A stretch of 62,483 nt of DNA, the filler included, from Chiloscyllium plagiosum (taxonomy: Eukaryota), in NCBI RefSeq assembly GCF_004010195.1. It is 4 parts of one record of this genome, joined end to end, with 100 filler letters (N's around TTAATTAATTAA, not from the genome) between each part and the next. Parts side by side here need not be neighbours in the genome. Positions count along the whole stretch, not along the records: positions 1 to 16,339 come from NC_057716.1; 3 more parts are not named here. One strand, 5' to 3'. The notes under the pieces are model-generated. The model was not told the origin of the DNA, did no database searches, and saw only the letters and a program-made list of their open reading frames with translations. The first letter of the stretch is position 1; every line of letters starts with the position of its first letter. The position numbers were made by a program, and so were the translations under genes. Below, one piece after another: positions 1-11,169 of the stretch.

Positions 1-2
1 AA

Positions 3-272
3 TGGAATAATATGTGCATTGGAGAGGTTAGAGAGGAAGAAGAGGAGCAAGGGATAGACTGAGATGAGCTCAGGCAAGAAGTGCAGCAGTATGCCATACG
101 TGCGGAAGATTGCGGTCCACCCCCACCCTACCCAGAGGTGCCAACTCCTCCAGCACCTCCAGGGACAGTCCCTGCGGCGATGAATCTGATCAGTACTGAG
201 AGATGGGTCGAGGACACTGAAACCCCAACAATCAAATACAGCACCCCGTTAACACCTCGACCAATGCCGTAA
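3..272 (+). pseudogene. gag: gag remnant with PPxY late-domain motif
   Basis: Proline-rich ORF CGPPPPYPEVPTPPAPP directly upstream of pol, with an in-frame stop at 60-62. Confidence 0.55.
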
Positions 273-2462
273 ACCTTGGGATTTAATTATCTATCCTGGC
301 AGACCACAGGGTCTATTGGTTTAGTTGAGTTTACTGACCATATACAGGAACATAATTACAGAACCAATAGAGTTTAAATGTGCAACATAACGTGCCAGCA
401 CCCTACTATCTTAGTTAACCAACCCCCAGGCGCAGAACACATTCTCAGGTTGATTCCATGACTCGGTACTATCCTTTCTTAGACCCAGTGAATGTCTGCA
501 TATGGTAACTGTCTCTGGCTCGCACTGCCCCATCCATCATTTCAACAGGAAATGATACTAATCAGATCAGCACAATAGGGGAGGTTGGATTCAATCCCCG
601 AACAATGACCAAAGGTCCAGCTATGAGAGAGGTGATGGTGAAACACAAAGGGGTATTTACCCAGCATAAACATGACTGTGGGTGTACCCCAGGAGAGCTG
701 ATAATTGATGGGCCTGACCCGAATCCACAAAGACAATACGGTTTCCCCGGACAGGCAGAGGGGGAGGGAGCCAAGGTGATTGACAGTCTGTTACTGCAAG
801 GAGTGCTGGGACCTGTCGCCTCTACTAATAATGCTCCAATTTGACCACTCAGGAAGCCAGGTGGTTCATGGTGTTTAACCATCGATGATTAGGTCCTAAA
901 TAAAGTCATTCCACTCCCCACACCAATAGTAACTACCAGCCAGCCATAATGAAGCAAACCCTGCAAACAAGTACTTCACAGGACATGAAAGCAAGAATGG
1001 TTTCTACTTCATCACCTTCAATCAGTCCTGTCAGTACAAATTCGCGTTTCCCTTCCAGGAACAGCAATATGCCTGGACTTGTCTACCCCAAGGGTTCCAG
1101 AACTCACTCTCGATTTTTCACAGGCTGGTAGCCAAGGGACTGGAAAGGCTTTCCCGGCCTGACTGTCTAATCCAATATGTAGATGACCAACCTCTCCAGA
1201 TGGAAACAAAGGAGGAGCACATTCAGCTTCTGGACGGATAACTCAATCTGATACACAAACTAGGATGGAAGATAAATCTGAAAAAGTCACAAATTCTACA
1301 GGCCAGGGTTACACATTTGGGAATAACGAATAGAGACCATTGAACAACTCCCACTCCCCAAGAGGTTAGTGTGCTCTGACCTTTCCTCGGGTTAGTGGGA
1401 TACTGCAGGAACCACATTGATGGGTTCACTACCAAAGCAGTTCCACTCTCAGAGTTGCTGAAAAAGAACGCTGTCTGGTGTTGGACATCTCAACACACTG
1501 AAAAAGTAACTGAATTAAAATGTGTACTCACAACAGCATCTGCCTTACTAGTACCACACCCTGACATAACATGCAGCCTAGAAAATGCAGCCACAGACCG
1601 GGCGATAGCTGCTGTTCTACTGCAGGAGCGACACGGTAGGCCAGACACAGTGACCTACCCCTCCAGGCTCCTACATCCGTGTAACAAGGGTTTTCCATGT
1701 GTGAACGACATTCCCTTGCAGTCCTTTGGGCAATTCAGTAATTCGACGACATCATTAGTTTAAACCCACTGAGCACACGCCAAATCAAAGCCAGCTCAGT
1801 GAGCCAGATTCGAGTCGCACGATGGACTCCAATGCTTCCTGGCCGGGACACCAAGGTCAGATATACCAAGGTGCCCACCTTCCTAACAGATAACCTAAAT
1901 AATGGGGGAGACCCACATGCCTGCCAAATCGTAGCCACTAAACACCCCCACCTGTCCTTTTATACCTAAACAGCAGGAAAAATGATTAGGGATGAAACAA
2001 AAAGATAACCAGACAGACACAGCTGTCAGAATTGCTGGAGATGGATCCTCCACAGTAGAAGACGGAAGTCGGATCACCGGCTGTGGGATATAAATGACCA
2101 ACACTCAAGGACAGCAGCCCCTATTGGGACTAGCTTTAAAATGAGGCAGCCATTGAAGTGCCCAGGCTGTGGAAATAGTAGCTGGAGCCGATGTGGTCAG
2201 CCACCCTGATCTGTTCCCTTCACCCACAGAGATATACCCTGATAGCATTGTCTGTGTGCAACATCCTCACTGAATTCTCACCAATATGGGAAGCTCGAGG
2301 GTTTAGTTCTGCTGCTGTGAAAACCTATCATCAGCCCCTTATCCAAATACATACTGCAGGCCGCTAGTGGAAGGAAATGCAGCATAATTAAAGTTAATAG
2401 CCACCACAAAACATCTCCAGAAGGTAACCTCAGAGTATATGTGTTAGCGAGGAGAGGTGCTG

Positions 2463-3292
2463 ATATCAGAGAATTCTGGCGTCCCCCCATGGGTGAGCAG
2501 GCCAATGCCGTGTCTGTCAGCCAAACAAACATACACAGGCCCAGTACCACAATGATTCCTTCAAACACATTGTGGGAGGGGTTTACTCAGAGGGTTATGT
2601 CAAATAGAGAGATTCCCTGCAGCTATGGGACAGATTAGTTTTCAAAACAGGAGTCTATATCGCTCCGACTCAGGAAAGGAACAAATCATATATCAGTCCC
2701 ATGATGGACATGGGCACCAGGGAATAGAGGCCAGTACCAAACGATTGAAAGAACTGTGTTGGTGGCCCGAGTTACACAGGGCTGTAACACACTATGTAGG
2801 GAACTGTCTAGTGAAAGCCCAAAATAATCCAGACAGTTATGCTCGAAAGGGAAGACTGAGGCCTACCGTCCCGTGGAAGATTAGATTAGATTAGATTAGA
2901 TTACTTACAGTGTGGAAACAGGCCATGTCGGAGAATTCTGGCAGCCCCCCCATGGGTGAGCAGGCCAATGCAGTGTCTGTCAGCCAGACAAACATAGACA
3001 GGCCCAGTACCACAATGATTCCTTCAAACACATTGTGGGAGGGGTTTACTCAGACGCTTATGTCAAATGGAGAGATTCCCTGCAGCTATGGGACGAATTC
3101 GTTTTAAAAGCAGGAGTCTATATCGGTCCGACTCAGGACAGGCCAGTACCGAACGATTGATGGAACTGCGTTGATGGTCTGAGTTACACAGGACTGCAGC
3201 ACCATAGATAGGGAACTGTCTGGTGTAAGCCCAAAATAATCCGGATAGTTGTGCACGAAAGGGAGGACTGAGACATACCCGTCCCATGGAAG
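2463..3292 (+). repeat. Direct duplication within pol (2463-2879 and 2925-3292; second copy has a ~50-bp deletion)
   Basis: Both copies run GAGAATTCTGGC..CCCCCCATGGGTGAGCAGGCC through ..CCGTCCC(G/A)TGGAAG. ORFs 2441-2638 and 2910-3107 are near-identical. Confidence 0.95.
2878..2924 (-). mobile_element. Extreme 3' tail of HE1 SINE / HER1-type LINE (5'-truncated)
   Basis: Reverse complement reads GGCCTGTTTCCACACTGTAAGTAATCTAATCTAATC..., identical to the 3' ends of the SINEs at 12048 and 21785. Confidence 0.9.
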
Positions 3293-3294
3293 GG

Positions 3295-3908
3295 TGTTCT
3301 GGATAAGGCCAGACCCCCTCCAAACATTTCAGTTAGCCCTGACTCTAACTTTGCTCGTTGTTTTAAGCAGGTGTAGAGCGGATATTCCAGGAGGGATGCA
3401 GCTGGCACAACCACTCAGTTTTAGACAAAACAGAATTGGTTTGTGAGATTAACAAATGAAACAGAAACAAAAGAAAACAGAATATGGAATAACAAATATT
3501 TTAAAAGCCAATCGACTCTATCGCAACTTAATGATGCTGTTCTAAATATTTGCAACATTCCCATAAACAGCCCCTTTGTAAAGTAGATGAACACAAACCC
3601 AGGTTCTTCCAGGAGAGATGTCAGAGAGAGAGAGGAGGATCACCATGGAGCTGCTTCTTTGACCAGCAGCCTCAAAAAAACTGACCAGCAGCTGCAGAAC
3701 AGCCAGACAGCTCACACCAAACCAAACCAGAGGGACGCTGAGCTGGGAGAACTGGCCACTCCCCTTTCATTTTACACATAGCTATTTTTTTAAACTTGAA
3801 AACTTCTTCAAATAGATAAACACAGACAATTCAGAACCTCTGCCTTTACAACCCCTCTGAATAAAACCAAGGACCACGTAACCTTGTTCAAGGAACAGCA
3901 TCATCACA
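3295..3908 (-). mobile_element. Solo LTR inserted in the integrase, 4-bp TSD AGGG
   Basis: TGT...ACA termini with AGGG at 3291-3294 and 3909-3912. Removing it restores the frame HTRPMEG|PWASLHIDFVGPL. It is homologous in reverse orientation to 54085-54558. Confidence 0.85.
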
Positions 3909-5998
3909 AGGGCCTTGGGCAAGTCTACACATTGACTTTGTAGGTCCCCTGTCACCATGTATGAATGGGTTTACCTACATTCTGTTCATCATACTTGCAC
4001 AAAATGGTTCGTGGTTTTGCCGTTCCGACAGGTACAGCCAAAACAACCGCACAAATCCTAACACAACAGGTGTTTACAAGATGGGGTCCACCCTGCAGTA
4101 TTGAGTCAGATCAGGATCCCATTTCACCAGCCGGGTCATGCAGACTGGGATGGCTATGCTTGGTATCAAGAAGAAGATCCACATTGCATATCACCCCCAA
4201 TCCAGTGGGATCGTGGCAAGGATGAATCACACCGGAAATGGGCTGATCAGGTAGATGGTGCGGCAGAATAATAAAACCTGGGACACAGTACTTCCATTTG
4301 TCCTCATGATGGTACACAACGCCATCTCCCAATCTACAGGGTATACCCCCCACAGGGAAAACTGGCTGGTCCCATATCAACTGGTTAAAAGCCTATGGCA
4401 CAAAACACAGCCACTCTCACCACCTTAATATATATCTATGGTGGATGTCACTGCCTTGGAATGAATGGAAAAGACCAAAGGCACCCCCTGACACATCCTC
4501 ACAGAGAGACCACACCCCTCCCCTGACAAAATCCAAACCTTTCCATCACCAACTATAACTTCAACGTCCAAGGGACCCCTGGACAATTTGATTCAATACA
4601 AGGCTCCCAAACAAATTGGAGTGATTCACTCGTAACCAGGAACGCAGACATGTTAAATGCCTCCACATGGTCTAAACATGACAGGACTCCCTAAAAACCC
4701 CCAGCAAAAGGGAAACCGAACATCCCCATCTCACTCTACATCAGACCCCTAACAACGTATCTGCACCGTGGACACGTGACAATACAAAAGGGCTAGTACA
4801 GACTACGGAAATACAGATTGACCCAGACAGCCAAATGGTAATTACAGGTGTCACCACAGGAGGGAATGATGGGACACGGACACAGGAACCAGGAGGATGC
4901 AGTATTGCCAAGCCACAGAGACCGAGGACACACAACACACTGATGAGTCTCTGTTGGGCAGCTATTTTGCAAATGCACTCATTCACTAATCATACAATGA
5001 AACTGTTCCTGACAGCCACCCAAGGCAAGGGGCAACTGTTCCCAATGTTAAAACCTCAGGCATCTCACATGTCTTCCAATTCAAGTTCCTGTAATCACTG
5101 ATGGGATTAACCATGTTACAATCCTTCAGTTTTCCGCTCATTTTCATGCATATTTATAAAATTGGTCATAATGGCAGCCTTGATTCAGTCTTTGTGACCA
5201 CCCTCTCGTCAGGTCGTTTAAAACCACGGTAACCGTTACCACTAGAAACTGAGGGTAGAGCCTACCAGGCCTCTCAACCCAACTTCACATTCCACGGTGG
5301 GGTGGGGCTCACATTCCGATTTTGTTTTTTATTATTTGTGTTTTTAAAAAGAAAAGTGGGGTAGGGTTAGGGCATATGTATTACATTCGTTCAAAACAAT
5401 TCCGATATTAGACAAGGATAACGAGAGAAACAACCTTGATCTCTCTCCAGGACAATGATGACCGTGCGAAACGCAATCAAGGTCCGCCTCATTGGGATGG
5501 TCATCGTCATCGTCAGAAACAACACAAAATAACCACCAAACAGACCAGGAGATATGTTTGTTTGCTTCGTAAATATTAGTTATCCTATTGTTTGTATGAA
5601 ATATTCTCCGGCTTTCTGATGTTTGTTTGATATACATTACGAATATGTTTTTCTCATTATGATTTTAGTTTTGTATTTGCTTATTTCTGTAATGTCTTAT
5701 TTATTTTATTTAACTATGTTTGCTTGATCAGACATTAAGGATGAGTTTTTTTTTGATGTTCCATTTAGATATATAAAATATATATATCTATTGTATAAAA
5801 TATATTCCCTAGTATTGTAAACATTTTATTTCCATTATGTATTTATTTATATTAATTTACTACATTATCTGTAAGAGCTTAACGCTTAGGTGTATGTTGT
5901 ACATTGTTTAAGCCTGCATGACCGTGTGCTCACTGCACAGAGATTGGTCTTCCATGATGTGATCCAACACACTTCGCATTCAGGATCAAGAGGAGGGC

Positions 5999-6926
5999 TG
6001 TGGACAGACAGGCCACTCAACATGACGAATTTATGACCGATTCACAAAACATTGTACAATAACTGAGGCATGCTGGGAACCTGAAGCAACCCTTGCCCAA
6101 AGCGACTGCGCTAATAAACTTGCTGCCGAATCCAGACAGGCTGCAGCTACCAACAGAGAGTCTGCAATTGACCCGGGAGCTGCAGACTTCACAGGACACA
6201 CCCGAATTTGGGTTTGAATAGAGTTGACCGGAATGCCTTCCTCAGGGCGAGCGGAAACATCAGGGTGTTTACCAGACACGGGGGCGCCTCACTCCCTTTT
6301 TTTGGAAAGGGTTACGTGAGCCCAACATCTCCAGGAATGGATGCCTGAGGACCACACTACCATTGAGATGCCAATGCCTGGCTTGGTCCGATCGATCATG
6401 GTGCTCGAGCCCTAATCAGTCTATTGGAGGGTATTGAAGACCCTCCCAAAAGGGCATGAACAACTTCAGAGTGTACAAACCACTGCAATGCCACTCAAGG
6501 CAGCGGTAACTTGAGACCAACCACTGAGAAGAGACGACACCCCTGAGAGGAGCAAGATATAAGACCAGGTAATCATCGCCACGTGGATCAAGGTGAAGAT
6601 CTCGTGTGGTGGAGTATGATCATCCAGAGTTACGGTAAAGCACAAAACAGAGTTATAGGGTCAATTGTTAGTTGATACTGTATTTTGTTATTTTAATATT
6701 AATTCTGTTAAAAATATAAATACTCCCATTTATTATTATTAAGAGTTGAATTGCAGTTGCTTTGCTAAGGAAAAAAAGTTGAACACTGTCAGCACTATGC
6801 GACCCTCCATTTCTTTGGAACCACTTCAATATCTCCAGAGAATCGAAAGATTATGGTCAATGCCTCTATCTCTCCTCTCAGTAACTCATGTACATGCAGT
6901 GCAAGATGGGGACAAGTCCTTTGTCA
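5999..6926 (+). mobile_element. Probable 3' LTR of the retrovirus-like element (3' boundary uncertain)
   Basis: Begins TG one base after the polypurine tract. TATA-like GATATAAG at ~6556, A-rich polyA-signal-like tract at ~6710-6720 (AATAAA in the paralogous copy at ~16200), candidate CA end at 6926. Confidence 0.45.
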
Positions 6927-7191
6927 TTGGAGGAATAGTGTACAGGATTGAAGAGGGTTAACTGAACCTGTTTGTTCAATGACTGTAATTAATGACAAAC
7001 TCCATCATCCATAATTGTGTCCCAGGAGGGTTTCCCTCTTCTATTAATTACAAATTCCTTACAATGTACAAAGCTATAGTATCAGTGACAGCATCACCCC
7101 CAGCACTAACAGGGATTGGCAGCTCCAGAGACTGGGAGCTCGGGAGAAGAGAGATTTGAATCTGAGAACAATAGATTGGAATTTTACAACC

Positions 7192-7372
7192 ATGGGTTGG
7201 AATCTGAACACAGAAGATCGGAATTTTACAACAATGGACAGGAGTTTCTCAGCAACAATTGATTATATTTCTGCAAATTACCACTCGACATCATTAACAA
7301 CGCAGATCTACTATATACTCCTGGTTATTCAACACATTTACTATCCCACCCTTGTTATTGTTGGTGTTCCGG
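7192..7372 (+). CDS. GPR139/GPR142-like class A GPCR, coding exon 1 (N-terminus + TM1); exon 2 not found in this piece
   Basis: MGWNLNTEDRNFTT...IQHIYYPTLVIVGVP followed by a phase-1 donor G|GTAAGT at 7373. This matches the YYP..GVP/G|xN exon-1 end of the GPR139 family and is phase-compatible with the exon 2 at 53643. Confidence 0.8.
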
Positions 7373-7637
7373 GTAAGTCTCTCGCCCTTCTATTAACTCT
7401 AAAAACTATATTTAACTGCACTGCTTTTCCTGCCAGTTACTCTGTCCTTAATGCTGCTGTTGCTGTTATTCCAGCTAAGTCTCTATGTCTCTATAACTAT
7501 TAGATCTGTAAATCACATTTCACTGTATTAATGTTCTTGTCATTTCAAATTGGGAAGACATTGGGAAGTCATTGTCTTTGGTTGCTACTTTACACTTTAA
7601 TCTCTATCCATTGACTCCAACACCATTCTTGGCCAAG

Positions 7638-8192
7638 TCATGAGGATGAGTGAGATTGTTCAGAATCTGACCGATCCATTTGACAATGAGCTGGATCAAT
7701 CTCGTGTTCGTTCCTGGCACTGATTCAGGTGGCACCTGTTCCCAAAATGTGTCTCATCACGGAGACCTTTTCAGGCAACTCATCTTCCAGGTCCCCATCA
7801 TGACTGACATTACTCACACACCCCCATCCTCTCTACATCAGGAGTATAAAAGTACACTCTTGCAAAACTGGCTTGGGTGGGTTGCGCTTTGGTGGGTCGG
7901 TGTGGATTTGTTGGGCCGAAGGGCCTGTTTCCACACTGTAATCTAATCTAATCTAATCATGAGGATGAGTGAGATTATTCAGAATCTGACCGATCCATTT
8001 GACAATGAGCTGGTTCAATCTCGTGTTCGTTCCTGGCACTAATTCAGGTGGCACCTGTTCCCAAAATGTGTCTCATCACGGAGACCTTTTCAGGCAACTC
8101 ATCTTCCAGGTCCCCATCATGACTGACATTACTCACACACCCCCATCCTCTCTACATCAGGAGTATAAAAGTACACTCTTGCAAAACTGGCT
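7638..8192 (+). repeat. 236-bp direct duplication (7638-7873, 7957-8192) flanking a truncated SINE
   Basis: Offset 319 bp, about 3 mismatches seen. The paralogous arm (~14800-15030) has a single copy. Confidence 0.95.
7874..7958 (+). mobile_element. 5'-truncated HE1 SINE
   Basis: TGGGTGGGTTGCGCTT...GGGCCGAAGGGCCTGTTTCCACACTGTAATCTAATCTAATCTAATC. Confidence 0.9.
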
Positions 8193-8584
8193 GCCAACAA
8201 AAATGGAGTTTATTTGAAAACCGAAGATTTTTGGAATGTGTCTTGCTTTGTTTCTGAGAAGTGTTGTTCAATTATGATTAACTTGCCTGGACAATGTCAG
8301 GTCATGGAAATATTATTAGTTTCACTATTTGCATGTCAATCTACTCCCATGTTGCAAGTGACCCTTGCCCCTTCTTGCCCCACAATGTGTTCACACTGAG
8401 CAGTGACAAAATCCAAAACCAGGCAAGGACTCTGTGCCATGATTGTTGGTTTTGAAAGAGTGTCCCTGTATTTACACTGGCGAAGGTCTATTCCAACACA
8501 AACACATGCAATGATCTGCTCAATCTCATCTGCAATACACCTTCCTCCACACCACCCACATGAACTTAACCACATTAAGGAGTC

Positions 8585-9035
8585 AGCATAGTAAATGGTA
8601 GTGCCCTGAGTAGACTTCCTGAATAGAGACACCGAGGGGTGCAGGTACATAGTCCCATGAGAATGGCATTACAGGTCGACAGGGTGATAAAGAAGGCGTT
8701 TCCACACCTGCTCAAAACTAGAGGGCATGGGTTTAAGGTGAGAAGGGAAAGATTTAAGTGGGACCCGAGGGAAATGTTTTTCACGGAGAGACTAGATTGT
8801 GTACAGAATAAGTTGCCAGAAGAAGTGGTAGAGTGAGGTTCAATTATAACTTTTTTTGGAACACTTTTGGACAGGTATATTGATAGGGAAAAACTCCAAA
8901 AGGATTGGAAAGACTTGGAGGGATATGGGTCAAATACAGGCAAATGGGACTATTTCAGTTTGAGAAACCTGTTTGACATGGATCGGTTAGACCAAAGGAT
9001 CTGTTCCTGTGCTGCATATCTGTATGACTCTATGG
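8585..9035 (+). mobile_element. CR1-type LINE 3' fragments
   Basis: QVDRVIKKAF and KTRGHGFKVR..F..D.R.MFFT.R motifs of the CR1 ORF2 C-terminus, then a 3' tail ending GTATGACTCTATG. Confidence 0.85.
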
Positions 9036-11169
9036 CTCCAAGTACAGATATAAAATTATCACTTTGCCACAATTCACAACGGGTCACTGTTTCTCATCTG
9101 AAGTTGTTGACCTCAGTGTCAATTGCAAACTTTACTCCATTTCTTGGGAAGCATCTTTGATGATGATTTTGTATTTTCCTATTTACATGTACATCTTTTG
9201 CTCCTTTACATGTCCTGTTACAATTTTATTTTGCTTTTGTTTTCATCCCTTCTCCCATCTAATGTCTCCTGTCTCTTGGGTTGCCACTGGTTTGAATCCT
9301 GTTTCAGTATATTTCCAGTTCTGACAAAGGGTTAGCAGCCTGAAATGTTAACTCTGTCTCCCTACAGGCACTGCCAGAGCTGCTGAGAATTTCTCACATC
9401 CCCTGTTTTTTTTTCTATCATCATACCTTTTCCTTCTTGCACTGACTGTAAAGATTTTAATCTGATTAAAACTGATTAATTAAAACTGACCTTTGATATC
9501 ATGTCATTGCAAGCCTTAGGTCAACTACAATAACACACCAAGTTGGCAGAGCTCATCGAAAGGGATGCTCAGTTGGATTAGCTCCACAACCCCATGAGTA
9601 TAATGGATGTTTACAAATATCTCAAAGACTTGACAACATTTCCCACAGTAAAGACAAAGTTGTGAGACTGAGCAAAGGGCAATGGTCAGTTGTCACATTC
9701 ACAATGGAACACCCGTCCTCAGGCTGAAGTCCTCAACCTTGTCCCTTAACTGCAGCCTATCGCTGCCTTTCCCTCAGACAGTTTGCCACTTGGTTCTGTG
9801 TTATATTGAGTAAAGCTCTGTATCTACTCAATCATTTGATTAATTTGTTACCTAACTGTCCTTTCCGTGGTAGTACTCTGGTTTTGAAATCTGATTTTCC
9901 TTGCTGTTTATTTATTCAAATGATCAATTAGTGAGACTATGATGCACTTGTTCCCCTTCATGACTATTTTGGCTGTTCCAGTCTACAGGTGTCAATGGTT
10001 TATATGTAAATCCACATTCTATAAACTTTGAAATAAAGCATCTTTATATCCGTTGAATTAATCTTTTCCATCATCTTACCCTATCACATGACTTCCACAA
10101 ATTTATAAATAATATTCAGTTGAGATTAGAGTGTTGCTGGAAAAGCACATATTCAGATGAGCCTATCCATCTCACTTCTCTGGCTATATTACATATGGAA
10201 TACAATTATATACTGAAAAATATGATCACCATGTTCTGACAGTGCTATAATAAAATAAATCCTACACTGAGGTACAGTGAACAATGACCAGTTTCAGATG
10301 TTTTGCCAACGATGACTCTTTCAAAACCTCTCCATTTACCACAGAACTGAGAAAACATTCGCAGAGTCGTGTTGACGTCACTCTAAACAGTTCCTGTGAC
10401 TTCAGGGAAATGGCCCATTCTGCCAATATTAATGAAATGAATGAACTAAACCAAAATACTGCTGGTGCTGGAAAAAATCTGAATTAAGAACAGAAAAGGC
10501 TGGGAGTGCTGATGGGACAGCATCGACCTGAAATGTTAACTTATCGCTCCGCAAGTTTAGCCTGGTCCAACAAAATAATAGAATATTGCTGCAAGTTTGG
10601 ATCACGACGTATCCTGTCAAAGAGAATAAGGTGAACTGATGGTTTCCATTTCTGACAAGTACAAAATATTCAGGTCCCATTCTTCATAAGTAAATAACTT
10701 GATAGTTGATGGAGAAGCAACATTGGTCAAGTTATACTGAGTCAATGAAGAGGTACTTGAATGATTATTGAAATAGAGTCAATGTGCAGGGTGATGGGGA
10801 AAAGACAAGTGCTTGCCATGAAGTCAAAACATACAGACAGCCCATGCAGATATGATGGGCTGAATGGCTTCCTTCTGTTAACTGGGTGATTATTAAACCT
10901 AATTTCCCTTTTCCTTTCCTGGGTGCATATTCCACATGCTGGATTGTGCTTCAATAGAGATTCTCCAGTGCTCACCAGAAGTTAACACAAGAAACAGCTA
11001 AGGCTCTGTTTAAATTAATGGGTCCTGAAAATATCTTGATATTAGTACATGGCTCCTGAGCAGAACTGTTCAAATAGACTTACAATACCTGCAACCACCT
11101 GGTAACATGTGAATTTAAGCAGTAAATCTCAGAGTAAAACAAAGAAAATCCAAATAATTACCATCCCAT

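Larger units (their letters stand above)
600..4440 (+). pseudogene. pol: pol remnant (RT - tether - RNase H - integrase), interrupted by a duplication, a SINE/LINE tail and a solo LTR
   Basis: ORF fragments 605-844, 1395-1763, 2625-2894 and 3965-4225 carry RT, RNase H and integrase motifs. Confidence 0.9.
1..5998 (+). mobile_element. Decayed endogenous retrovirus-like LTR element, internal region (gag remnant, pol, non-coding 3' region); 5' end lies outside the window
   Basis: Motifs occur in retroviral order: PPPPY (117-131); RT PQRQY..VIDSLLLQGVL..STNNAPI, WTCLPQGFQNS (~1074-1106), QYVDD (1173-1187); tether-like RNase H (~1540-1850); second RNase H DGSS (2040), SAQAVEIVA, IYPDS, GN..LARRGA; integrase H-x4-H (2700), HIDFVGPL, IESDQ, YHPQSSG; polypurine tract AAGAGGAGGG 5988-5997. 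There are many stops and frameshifts. Confidence 0.9.
6640..9985 (+). repeat. Left arm of inverted segmental duplication (partner 13234-16282)
   Basis: Reverse-complement homology: ORF 6746-6961 vs 15977-16159, 7156-7503 vs 15400-15711, 7680-7946 vs 14738-15016, and 9064-9324 vs 13713-13910. Confidence 0.93.

Noticed and set aside
5463..5474. RAKR furin-like site suggesting env
   Set aside because: It is not followed by a hydrophobic fusion peptide, heptad or TM segment, and the frame closes shortly after.
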